Assembly (NCBI GenBank): GCA_050230475.1
Contig: JBFLGF010000073.1
Span: forward strand, 1-64,000
Direction: 5' to 3'
DNA length: 64,000 bases
Source of the DNA: Ancylonema sp.
Taxonomy: Eukaryota
The notes beneath the pieces are model-generated. The model had not been told where the DNA came from and ran no database searches. It saw nothing but the letters and a program-made list of their open reading frames with translations. The position numbers and the translations under genes are program-made. Of this stretch, positions 36,888-49,193 are shown one piece after another. Position 1 is the first letter of the stretch. Each line of letters begins with the position of its first letter.

Positions 36888-38122
36888 TGTCAGACAATAT
36901 TAGATCGTGTGCTTGTATGGGGTAGATTTGTGCTTATACGGCGAGAGGGCCTATAAAATAAATGGTGCCTACTCGACGCGATAGACTTTCGCGATGAAAT
37001 ATGCCTATACGGTGAATTGTGCTTATACGACGAGAGTGTCTATAACGATGGGAAGTGGTTACACGGTGTTTTGTACTTTCGAACGATGAACTTAGGCGGG
37101 TACGGGTATTCACGGCTTTGAATAAGAAGATTCGAAAGCGCGTGGGTATTCCTCGATAAGTTTCGTAAAGTGACACGTGTCCCCTCGGACTCATTTAACC
37201 TTAAGTGCGTCGAACAGAATCTAAGGCCGTAGTTGGACGAAACGTTATGATTGCTCCGCCACCTACGGCACTGATGGCGGCACCCAGTACGGACTGCGCT
37301 GACAGCTGCATTACCAGCAACTTAAGAGTAACACCGGCAGCTTCCTTGTAAATTCTATCGCAATATTCACGTCGCGTTAAAGGCGCCGTAAGTTCGGCAT
37401 TGAATTACGGAAGGCGACGAGACAAGGAAGACCAGCTTGCGATTCCTGGCCACGCTGGACGGCAGCTGCGCGCCACCAGCATGACGCTGGAGTGACCTAC
37501 TTTTAACCTCTTCCTAGCTAGAGAGGAGTAGAGAGTAACATCGTCCTAGTGTGCTAGACTCTAAGTGGTTGAGCTAGTAAGTCGGTAGCTGAGTCGGCTG
37601 AGACGGCGCCGTAAGTCGGATACTGCAGGATGAGAAGATGCTTTGCTACTTTCTGTGATCTCCTAGCTGAGGCCACTATATATTTGTAACTCATTGATCG
37701 GAACTCTATCAGTTCCGATCACTCCTCGGGAACCGCTGATAAATATTGTCTACTCACTTGGCAATTGTTTATTCGCGTGTTCGGGCTGGTATTCCATTGT
37801 GTGTGAATTCCTTGTGCATTATCTTTTCATCCTCCATACAGTTTCGAACACTTTTACGTTCAGGCCATTGGCAATCCCTTGCCATGGGTAGACTAGAAAA
37901 TAAATATTAGCATGTGCTAGACTCGCTTCGGGCGGAGTGCTAGGTTCATTGTTAACGCGCACGTGCGTGACGCGAGCCTCGACTAGGCTGAGTTGTGATA
38001 TAACGACATTTCACGTGATACAACGACACATAATTCGCACGTGCATTTCACTCATTACAACGATGATTGTTATATCGAATATGTTCCACGTGTCAATGGT
38101 CCCGATGATAAACAGCACGACA
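36888..38122 (+). repeat. Dispersed ~1.2 kb non-coding repeat, copy 2
   Basis: TGTCAGACAATA start and the same conserved blocks as copy 1; ends near GCACGACA about 400 bp upstream of the RPL4 ATG. Confidence 0.85.
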
Positions 38123-38521
38123 CTCGTTTTGGCGAGTACGATCGGCTCACATATTTTTCGTTTTTAGGATGTTGTTTACAGGCACGTTCTTGTAATGAGA
38201 TGGGATGAGATGGGGTTCCCGTTGTTTTTCAATAATATACAATTCTGTCACATTCCGACGCGTTCGGAAAAACCGAATAGCACCGTGCGGAACCCCATCT
38301 CTGTTTTAGCGAGCCAAGGCCAAATTATTGCTCTGGGCTCTGGACTGTCTGTCGATCAGAACCCGAACCCTTGCGCTTTTGAAGCCGTTCGATCTGTTCC
38401 GATCGTTGCATGTAGATTTTTCACGAATACTTGGCAGGGGTTGTGAGAGGTAAAAGCTGCTGAAGGTTCTCCGCACAGGTCCTCTCTCCCCCTACACTGC
38501 AAGTCACACCAGAGTGTCGCC

Positions 38522-41500
38522 ATGGCCGCGGCTCGCCCACTAGTATCCGTGCAGGCGGTGGAAGGGGAGAACTCGCAGAATGCTGCTCTGCCAGCAGTCT
38601 TCGTGGCCCCCATTCGCCCGGACATCGTGCAGTTTGTGCACTCGAACATGGCAAAGAACAAGCGCCAGGCATACTCAGTGAGTGAGAAGGCCGGTCATCA
38701 AACCTCCGCGGAGTCTTGGGGTACTGGGCGTGCGGTTTCCCGTATTCCCCGTGTGCCAGGTGGCGGTACCCACCGTGCTGGACAGGGAGCTTTCGGGAAC
38801 ATGTGCCGAGGAGGGCGCATGTTTGCACCTACCAAAATCTGGCGTAGGTGGCACCGGAAGATTAATGTCAACCAGAAGCGCTATGCGGTGGCATCTGCTC
38901 TGGCTGCCAGCGCTGTGCCCGCACTGGTGATGGCCCGTGGTCATAGAATTGAGAAAGTCCCAGAGGTGCCTCTGGTTCTGAGCAATGATGTGGAGGGTAT
39001 TGAGAAGACCTCCACAGCTGTCAAGCTGTTGAAACAGTTTGGGGCATACGATGACGTGGAGAAGGTTAAGGCATCAAGGAACATCCGGGCGGGCAAGGGG
39101 AAGTTGCGCAACCGGCGATACGTTTCCAGGAGGGGGCCTCTGGTCATTTACGGCACGGAGGGGGCCAAGCTAGTCAAGGCATTCCGCAATATTCCGGGCG
39201 TGGAGGTCCGCCTTTGCACCTTCAAGCCTTAATAAATTGCAAGATCACTTCTTCTAGTCTCCTGAGAAGTGTTACATTTTTTGGTCCTCGGGACCGTGGA
39301 GGGTAGGTTGCATAAACAGAGGGATTGTGAGTCAGTGGTTCCGCTGCCGGAGAGGTCCGAGTCTGGTGACACTCGACTTCTGCCGTCAGTTAGAGATTGC
39401 CGCCCAAGCTTGGGCTTGGCTTCTCTCGGTTTTCGATTAAGGTGGAAGTTAGGAGCCCCAACAATTTATAAGTACAAAGTGCTAAAAAGAATAGTCACGA
39501 CAGACATGAAAGAGGTGGATCTGTGAAATTACCAGTTGAAAAACCAAAAAAGCATGACCATCCTCTGTTTGCTCTGGCCAGGTGTGCTCTGTAGACCGAC
39601 TCAACCTGCTCCAGCTGGCACCCGGGGGCCATTTGGGTCGGTTCATCGTGTGGACCCAGAGCGCCTTCGAGAAGCTCACATTGCTTTTGTCTGAATCTTG
39701 GTGATGGCGTGGTCCGACATTGAGGACAGTAAACCTCGTGCTTGTGGTTTTTCTGAAGGACTATGCAGCATGGGTGCTTCTACACACAGAGTCTGACAGT
39801 AAAGTGAAAAATGTTATGGATATGTTTTGTCATTAGTGCACCGAAAGAGATATCACAACCATCCCCAACATTATGACGACCTTTGCATCCTGCCCTGTTG
39901 TCCCCTTCAGAGTGTGGTCCGTCCCGTCAAGGAGAGCAACAAGAGGCGCGTGTTGAAGAAGAACCCTCTCAAGAACTTGGGCGCCATGCTCAAGCTCAAC
40001 CCCTATGCCAAGACTGCTCGCCGCTTGGAGTTGTAGACCGACTCAACCTGCTCCAGCTGGCACCCGGGGGCCATTTGGGTCGGTTCATCGTGTGGACCCA
40101 GAGCGCCTTCGAGAAGCTGGACTCCATTTTTGGCACTACGGAGACCGCCAGCGAGGTGAAGAAGGGATACAAACTGCCCCGCCCCTGCATGGCCAACTCG
40201 GACCTGGCTCGACTTATCAACTCCGACGAAATCCAGGTACTGTTTTTTGGGAGGAGGGATGGGGAGAGGTAGGAATGGGGCCTATCCAAGAAAACGAAGA
40301 AACCATGGATGTGGTCATGACTCGTATGCGGCGGATAGAGGGTTTCACATTGCTTTTGTCTGAATCTTGGTGATGGCGTGGTCCGACATTGAGGACAGTA
40401 AACCTCGTGCTTGTGGTTTTTCTGAAGGACTATGCAGCATGGGTGCTTCTACACACAGAGTCTGACAGTAAAGTGAAAAATGTTATGGATATGTTTTGTC
40501 ATTAGTGCACCGAAAGAGATATCACAACCATCCCCAACATTATGACGACCTTTGCATCCTGCCCTGTTGTCCCCTTCAGAGTGTGGTCCGTCCCGTCAAG
40601 GAGAGCAACAAGAGGCGCGTGTTGAAGAAGAACCCTCTCAAGAACTTGGGCGCCATGCTCAAGCTCAACCCCTATGCCAAGACTGCTCGCCGCTTGGAGT
40701 TGCTGACGCAGGAGAGGAAGATGAAGGAGAAGGCGGAGGGCGCCAGCAAGAGAGTGAGAACGGTAAGAACAGGGCCACGCCTGGGAACACGAGTCCGAGG
40801 GATCGAGAGGGGTATAAAGGTAGTTATTTTAGGACGGGTTGGGTATGGTAGGACGGGGGGGGTGGTTGGGTTGAGGACGGCGATTTCATTGAATGCATAG
40901 CAGAAGTGAGGGGGATCAGGGTCGAGTGAAGTCGTCTTTTTGACCTGTTGCCACAGACTGTCAGGTTTTGGTTTCCAAATCGTTACAGCATCCCTTTCCA
41001 AACTACTGTCATAGTTGTAATAGGAAGGCAGTCAGTTGGAGCACTTCAGTACTGTCTACTGTTTTTGGGAGGAAAGTTAGGGTATGGAGGACCCACTACT
41101 CATGAGTCATCATTACTCATGAGTCATCATTACTCTTGAGTCATCATTACTCTTGAGTTCATGGAAAGCATGGAAAGGGAATGGTGTGTTTTGAACGGCG
41201 AATAGGAGGTGGCATATCGTTGTATGGGGGGGGTCATGGATGAGGAGCGCTTTGGCTGGATACACTCTTCATTATGGCAGTGATGAAGCTTGGAAAGAGA
41301 GTGGGGTTTTCCTTTGAGCAGTTTGGTAGAAAGTAGATGTCTGCCAGCATGAGTAGCATCAGTGCTCACAGGAGAGGCTCAAAGAGAGGGTTGCACGACA
41401 CTGGTGGTTGGATTAGAGGCGCGGGAGGATAAGGGCAGGATCACATTCCAGAATGATCAGTAGAATGTGGTGAGCAGTATAGCCATGCGATTAGTGCTGA

Positions 41501-41699
41501 CTAATCTCATTTTTCATGTAAAGGACTGGGATTGCACGTCGCGGAAAAGGGAGACTAATGAAGTGGGGGTTGAGTTTTTTTTGTGGTTCAGGAGCAGGAC
41601 CCCAAGGCCAAGGCGGCGGGAGAGGCGTGGTACAAGACCATGCTCAGCGAGTCGGACTACACAGAGTTCGATATCTTCTCCAAGTGGCTCACTCAGTAG
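38522..41699 (+). CDS. RPL4: 60S ribosomal protein L4 (uL4), with an internally duplicated segment in this assembly
   Basis: [10 protein letters not shown]...[89 protein letters not shown]; last exon ...[23 protein letters not shown]. Confidence 0.97.
41097..41160 (+). repeat. 17-bp tandem repeat (TACTCWTGAGTCATCAT) x~3.7 in RPL4 intron
   Basis: Contiguous head-to-tail units with no spacers. Confidence 0.9.
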
Positions 41700-43537
41700 G
41701 CAGGGATAGAATGGGAGGATGCTGTTATGGGCAGACAGACTTGTACTTTGGAGTTTGGGAGGACAAGAAAGTAAATATCAAAGCTGTGTGACTGAGATGA
41801 TGTGACTGTGAGTGTATGTGGTGATCATCACCAGTTGCGTGCATCGTGCAATTGTTTCTTATGGGAATGGTGGGATGATTGAAAAACGCGAAGTAATCAC
41901 GGGAAGAGGGGATGTAATTTATCAGCAGTCGTTGGAATCTGGTCATACGTCGCCATCCCCAGCATGCAGTAGTTAGGGTTTTTAGTTGTGTACAAACCCA
42001 GCAGAACTTAAAAAACATGTATCATGTTCAAAGATATCCTAGTATGAGAAAAACAGGTACAGCATAGTTGTCCCTGGATTTATGATAGTACCCCCTGTCC
42101 CCTTTCAGAAGAGGGGCGTTAACTGTGCTCAGTACGCTACTGTTTTGAGGTGATAATAATAATTAAATATGAGAGCTTAGCCACCCCTCTGACCGACCAA
42201 TTGCAATGGGCCAGAGAGGATACCGCCTGGAAGCAAACGAGAAGTAACCCAAGGAACCAAACATGAATACATGTAAAATTGCAGACATCGGAGGGAGTCA
42301 ATAAATCACGATACTCCTAGTGTGGAGGTGCAACTTTCAGGATTGACACATACATGCATGTGTCAGTCCAGATCAGCTAACACATGCGTACACCACCTTG
42401 CATGCTTAGACAGTGCGAGGTACTTCCGATGACTTCGAATGTGGTTGTTCGCTCGCTATGAATTAATGCACAAATAGCGGTAGCACATGAAACATTAGCT
42501 GCCGGGTCGGTTGACCGGCCGAAGTAGATCATTTGATGGATCGATACTCAATTGTTTGAAAGTTAGACTTCACCATGCACTTACTTGTCGGATAGTGAAA
42601 CGACACGCCTAGTCACTGATTGCATTTAGAATCTGCCAAACCATGTTTAGTCCGGCTACAAGTATCGTCTGCACCACATTCGTTCGCTTCTTACAACCGA
42701 GTGAGCTCTATATACCTATGCACCTCGCAACATATCGGAAGCATTGTGTGTCGAGTCTAACCCTTGCTGTAGTCCATGGCGAACATGTCGTGCACTAAGA
42801 AGATGGTTTAGAGGGTCACGTAGACATTGCGCGGCACACGTGTGATGGGTGAGCATCATTTGGCATTCTGCGTCAGGATGCACGCATATCCTCATGGATG
42901 TTATCACATGTATCAGTAGTTCATGAGTCGTCGTTTTACTCATAAGCGTGTCTGCCAGGACTCAAGTTGTATGAGTGGCACGCATGCTTGTTAGACCGGT
43001 CGTTGCCATATGCCGGTCCACAACATGTTCTTGTACGTCCCATGCCTATGTGCACCTCCGAACGAAGACACCTGTGAAGTTTGGTATGCAATAGGATTTC
43101 AACTAGGCTCATTGGCTACTATTCCCATTTTGCACAAAATATTGAGGCATCACAAAATGCTTGATTGCCCAGGGGCTAGGTTAAGCAAGCAGATTGGTAA
43201 TGCTTCAATTCAGACTTCACTATCGACCTAGATGTGCAGAATGAGGACGGTCGAATCACAGAAGCAATGACTTCACCAATCTTTGTCACCTATAGATTAC
43301 AGAATAGATAAGACCAAAAAGACATTGCCTAAATAGAGAAAATGTCAAACTTTGTGTCCAAGGCTAAGATATGATGGGAAAACACTACATTCCATTGGAC
43401 ATTGGACACTTTAGTAGATACTAAACGAGCTACACAAGCTTGTTTGGCCTGCGGAAACCTTCAAATAGTCAGCACAATTCTCGAGTTTTGACTAAAACAA
43501 ATGCTAAAAAGCCCGTGCCTGTTGGGAAACCAACCAA

Positions 43538-45367
43538 CTATAGCCAGTATGGGAACACATATGGTAATACGACGAAATTTTTATGTGAAGGGAGGCGTCC
43601 GGGCTGGTCCCAAATCACATCAGGTGGTTGAATACCTAAAACAAGACTCGTTTGCCCAAGACCAGCACGTTGCCGACGCTTTGTCTTGAACAGCCAGGCC
43701 TCTTCTTCATCCTCCTGTTCAATGGTGTCTGAGATAGCACCTAGCAGATTTGCCATCTCTGCCTTAACCTCCATTTCTTCATTCAGCAAACTTCTTCCCC
43801 CATCCTTCTTGTCATCTCCTCGTGCATCTTCCTGTCTGAAACTCTCCTCTTGTTGTTGAGCTTCTTGTGATCGGGCTGCAGAACTTGAAGGGGGCAGACT
43901 AATGCTGAGCTTCAGTATTGGAGTTGAAGCTTCCTCCAATGCAATACTTGCGGTTGGTGTGCCATATACTCTCTTTGGCGAGACCTGAATGACATGGGGT
44001 GCACTCTCTAGAAAGCGTCCTTCGCCACTTCTGCCCTCCACACCTGTCTTTTGCAGCTTTGAACATCTGACATCTGCATGCAATGTAGATGCCGACACTT
44101 TCAGCATCTTCCAACGACTACACCACACTGGTGCCAAAGAGGACCATAGGCACTGTCTACATCTTTACTTGTACTAATGCTGACCATAATCGTCCAAGCC
44201 TGATATGCTGGATGACTCCGATGCATGCAGCCGCTACACCAATAGATCTCACCCATAGCTCTATAAGGGAATGCCTACTGTTTAAAAATAAAAATGCATT
44301 TAAATCTTGAACAAATTGAGAAGCTCTAATAGCTAATACTTGGCATCAGCAGCACAATGATACGGATGGCAAACATTTATACCATCGATTGTCAAGTAAT
44401 TGCCTGTCAAACAAGTCAGTCCAGGTTGCAGTTGCCAGGGACTGCACAAGGATGCAAGCTCCTGTATTATCCACTTGAGAATATTGCTTACCTGGATTGT
44501 TAACACCGTTTCCCCTAATCTCAGCCACTTCTGAGTCACACTCCCCCCCCTGCTTTCGATTCTCACTTCGCCGTCGTTTCTTATCCTTCTTGTCCTCTCC
44601 ACTCCGTTTGCCATCTTCATCCTTCCTACTTTTCTTTTCCTTCTTTTCCTTCTTTTCCTTCTTACGTTTTTTCCTTTCTTCTTTGGAATCAGCAGATTTC
44701 TTCTGCGTGTTGCCATCGGAGTCAAGGAAGATGAGTGCTGCTGGTTGACATACCTTTGTGTACTAGATGCTTGAGGACGACATCGCCACCATCGGGAAAT
44801 GAAATACGAGACATATGTTACGGATGCAATGCACCAATTGACCGCTTCAGCGTGGAAATGACGGGATTCCATGCAGCACTATAAGCAAGCCATGCATAAT
44901 CCAGGAGGGATGGAGAATCTCACGTCAATCAGGATCTTCGATACCCTCAACTTAGGCACATAGCCTGGTTGTGGGTATGGCATACATCGGCTGGTCGACA
45001 TGATGATGTCCGCCTGTCCGTTGGAAGGGGCCACCCGGAGGGACCCCTCCGAAGGTACCACCCATGCGACGGCCAATCCTAGCTCCCGTTCTCCAACAAG
45101 CTCCGGCAATGGGCTTGGTGGGAACGGATGCAGTTTGCGAGGTTTGAGGTTTGCCGTGGTTATCAGGAGCGAGGCTCTCCACAACTCCAGGCCCAGGGTG
45201 CCGCGTCTTCGCAGCACTGCCTGCTCAGCCGGCAGTAGTGAAAACTCAGATGGAGGCGGTCGGAAGCCTTTATGCATTCCTGGCATGTTCATGAGCACCG
45301 CCAGTTCCAATTTTGTTGAAGATTGGGGACGCATTACGTGGCAAATCATGAATGGGCCAGAAACCAA
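43538..45367 (-). CDS. Hypothetical spliced protein with Lys-rich and acidic low-complexity segments
   Basis: Exon-like blocks ~45300-44945, ~44740-44493 (DSKEERKKRKKEKKEKKEKKSRKDEDGK...VLTIQ|gtaag) and ~44070-43540 (acidic, EQEDEEEAWLF). No family recognised. Confidence 0.4.
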
Positions 45368-47042
45368 ACCAATTTTTTTAGAACCAAAAAATGGTTATTT
45401 TTCTCGTCAGTCGTGGCAGCAAATCATTCGGGCATGCAGTATCATACGGGTTTGATCCGGGCAGTTACTGCCCGGCTGTAGCCGAGGAGTGAATTTCATA
45501 TATGCCGATCTTACCAACTTGACACTGGTATAATATCGGTCATCCAATCACATCCAATTTAGAAAATTAAAAAACGCAAAGACTCAACGTTCATAAAGGT
45601 CGGCAACCCGCCCGGTCGGCGCGTCCCACGGTAGACGCCTGATTGGACGTAGCTCTGCGTGATAACGTGCCGAGGTCAAGTAGGTGGGGCGTCCGATCAC
45701 TGTACGGCTCGTTTCCCATCAGTTTTGCATGTATATATTCGTTGCTTCCTTATGTACTGATTTTTTATTAAAAAAGTATGGTGACGAAAATTCTATAATG
45801 AAAAGCAAACGTGAGATGATGGCGAAGGCGATGACGGGCCAGACGTTGGTCGACATCGTCGTTGCGGAGTTCGCAATGACTTGTGCAAGTTGCGTTGCGG
45901 ACCTTGCTCGTCGTGGCTAAGTGGAGTTTTCGATGAAGTCGATTATATTGTTGGAACGTTAAAATGAGTCACTATGCCACGACAACAAGCGTGGGACGAT
46001 TTTTATTTTTATTATTGTGCTAGAGACAACGTTGAGACAATGCTCGAGATGTCCACATGGTCCTCATTGAGTGTCGATTGCATTACAACGGTATTTCGCA
46101 CACGCTAGACATGCTCGAGGTTTACGTCTAGAGCAATCTATGGCTTTGCTGCCTCCCCCTCCTTAGCATATTTACTTTATTTCGCCTTGTTGCGTATTGT
46201 TGCATGCTTTGCAATGCATGTATGGTTACAATCCTTTACGGTATGGTGCACTCTTGTCTCATACTATTGACTTCTTGCAAGATTGCGCTCGGTAGGAATT
46301 TTGGGAGCTCGGCATGTCATCTTCCTCTAGTGGCGTCTTCGTCACTTGGTTTCAGTAGCATATCGTGGTCACCCTTCTGCATGCGCAGGCTCGTGCGATT
46401 TACGCGCATATCCTCGTTTGGAGGAACTTCCATCGTCCTTATCTGCTTTCCTCGCTCACACAACCATATCACGGAGATTGTGGATGTCCTCAAAGAACTG
46501 GAGGAGTTGGTTGTTTATGCGTTTTTCAGTCATCTACAAATCTTACTCTCTTTGACATCTTGTTTGGATTCTTTGTGTGCTGTCATCTACAAATTTCTCA
46601 TTTTGTGATTTCCCGTCTGCATTCTCCAAGTTCATTTTCATGCATACCTTTCGATGAAAGGTAGATGGGATTTCCGTCGATCGATTCCGATGAATGTGAA
46701 TTCTCCACTTTTCGCTAAATTTAAATCCGTCACGAAAATGTGACTGTCGCAAGGGGGAGCTTTCCGTACTTCAACAGCGATGTCGGTGTCGCGACTTATC
46801 TGTAGTCAACCAATGCAGAGCGACGGGCCGGGCGAGCGCACGCACAGCACCCTCGCACCGCCTGCAGCCCTCATGACTAGCTTCAAGCTGCCGAAAGCTT
46901 GGCTAGAATGCCTTACACACGGCTCGTAGCTGAGACGATTGTTCCGTGTAGGCCACCATCTAACGTCGTGTCGTTGCGGCTGTGTTGGTGAGCCGCAAAT
47001 TTGTGATCCTGCGCTATTTTGCACGCTCCATGTGATTCCCTT

Positions 47043-49185
47043 TGCGCCATGTCGTCGTTGCCGTGCTGTTGTCCAGTGAGATCTGCTCCAGCAACCTTTT
47101 CCTTTTTATGTTCCCGTCTCTCACCACATAGACCAGTCCTCGCCACTCAGCAATCAAAAATATTTTCGTCGCCATCTTGTCGTACTTCTCCTAAGCTTGG
47201 CCATCTGCATTCCTTCGGCGGGCTCTCCCTGACCCGGTCGCGACCCGTCCAAATCCCGCCCTCTTTCCGGACACAGACTAGACCGCTGTTCTGTAAGGCA
47301 TCCAGTGGCGAAAGAAAGCCTGCAAACTCCTCAGATTACCGTCAGAAGGCCGCAGAGGACATCCGAGTGCTAGTCGTAGGATCCACGGGATATATTGGAA
47401 AATTCGTCACCAAAGAGCTCATCAAACGCGGCTTCCATGTCATCGCAGGTACATGCTGTTTAAGGTCTGGATGTAATATAGGCTCAGCTATATGGTGAAG
47501 GCATGCTTGCCCAGACATATCCAAATGTAGCAGGTCAGCTGGGTGGTTTCTCAGACACTGAGGTGAAGGCTTGGAAGCTCGCTGTAAACTGCATCTGGTG
47601 TCCTGCATGCACGTCGACGAAGCATGACAGTTATGCAGTCAGTCTGTCAGTCTTCTATCATGGCTGTTGTCGCTAACACGGCCTTCCTATGCCTTCAAAG
47701 GCATGCACTGCAGAAAAGCTGTCATCAGTCGTACATTGTCGCGATCTGTTCACTGACATGTCATGTATTTACTAAGACGGTTCTGACCACTGATTGTCAA
47801 TCCTGTAACCCTGTAAAGCTTTGTTTGAGCTGTTTATATCCAACCTCCTGCGATTGTTTTGCCGGGTGTCACCTCCGCATGTCTGGTACTTCAAGATTCC
47901 ATCACAGGTCCCCGTTTGCTTGCAATATCACATCATCATCCTCATGATCTTTCTCCTCACCTTCATCATCGCCCAAATTCTCATTACTGCCATCAGTTAT
48001 TTCCATTGCAAGTGCAATCACTGGCGTTATCATCATGAATACTAATAAGATTAAGCTGTTTGTCACGACAACCACAAACAATAACCTCTTGCCTTCTTCT
48101 TGTCTGCAGTTGCTCGTGAGAAAAGTGGCATCGGTGGCAAAGCCAGCTCAGAGCAAGTGGTTGCTGACTTGGCAGGGGCAGATGTGCTCTTTGCTGATGT
48201 CACTGAGGAGGCAGCCCTGAGATCCGCAGTGGGAGATACCCGGGTGGACGTGGTGGTGTCATGCCTTGCCAGCAGAACGGGTGGCAAAAACAGCATGTGT
48301 GTGCTTCAGGCTGGGTCGGTCCAAGCGTTCGAGCAAGGTTCCATCCGTTGTGTTTGGGGTGGCAGGACTCGTGGCTGATTGACTATCAGGCGACTAAGGA
48401 CAGTCTGGAGGTGGGGAAAGCTGCAGGAGCCTCTCACTTTGTGCTACTATCAGGTGAGGAAGAGGCAGAGAGCTGAGAGCTGAGAACGAAGTGAGCATGA
48501 GAGACAGGAATGGGGTGAAGGTTTTCTGGAGGTGGTGTGCCATGGCGTGGCAATCAGACGAAAACCAATTTTTTTTAACTCATATGTATGTGGAGGAAAA
48601 GCGTAGTGAGGCATACATAGATGTGTATATACACATGCTCATATGTGTGGAGTGTGGATGGAGGGGCATGTAGAGTCAATTCATACAACGAGGAGTTGTG
48701 ATTTCTTGTGGAAGGTGCTGATGTCAGCAGTGATTGGAAGAATTGAGTTGATGGGAAGAATTGAAGGGTCTTGGACTGGGACTGGCTCTGGAAAGAATGC
48801 AGACACAGCCTTCTTTGGTACCACCCGTGAACTGAACGCATTTTTTCAACAAATGACAACATTCTCAGCTCTCAGGATGACAATAAGGCTCATCAAAGTC
48901 GTTCATACCACAAAACATGTTACCATGCGTGTCATGTGTCTATGGAGTTGTACACGCGTGTCTCTGTGTATATGTTTGGAAGCATATCTGTATGTTTGTG
49001 TGTATGCATGTATGTTTGTATGTGTGTATGTGTGTACATTAACATGAGTGTGTGCTTGCATGTGTCCATGTATGTATCTATATATCTATGTATGTATTTA
49101 CGCATGTATGTATGTATGTATGTAAGTATGTATTTGAATGTATGTATGTGTGTTTGTATGTATTGATGTTTGTAAGTGTGTATGT
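47043..49185 (+). repeat. Near-identical duplicate of the first three DVR exons (copy A), lacking 102 bp that include the exon-2 donor
   Basis: Matches 49188 onward at offsets 2145 then 2247; separated from copy B by N at 49186. Confidence 0.9.
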
Positions 49186-49193
49186 NATGCGCC

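Noticed and set aside
38123..38150. TGGCGAG after repeat copy 2 as a primer-binding site, and CGTG as the TSD of copy 1
   Set aside because: No tRNA match could be verified, and copies 1 and 3 stay similar beyond GCACGACA, so the 3' boundary is uncertain
41097..41160. 17-bp repeat array as CRISPR
   Set aside because: Contiguous tandem units with no spacers, in a eukaryotic intron, with no cas genes
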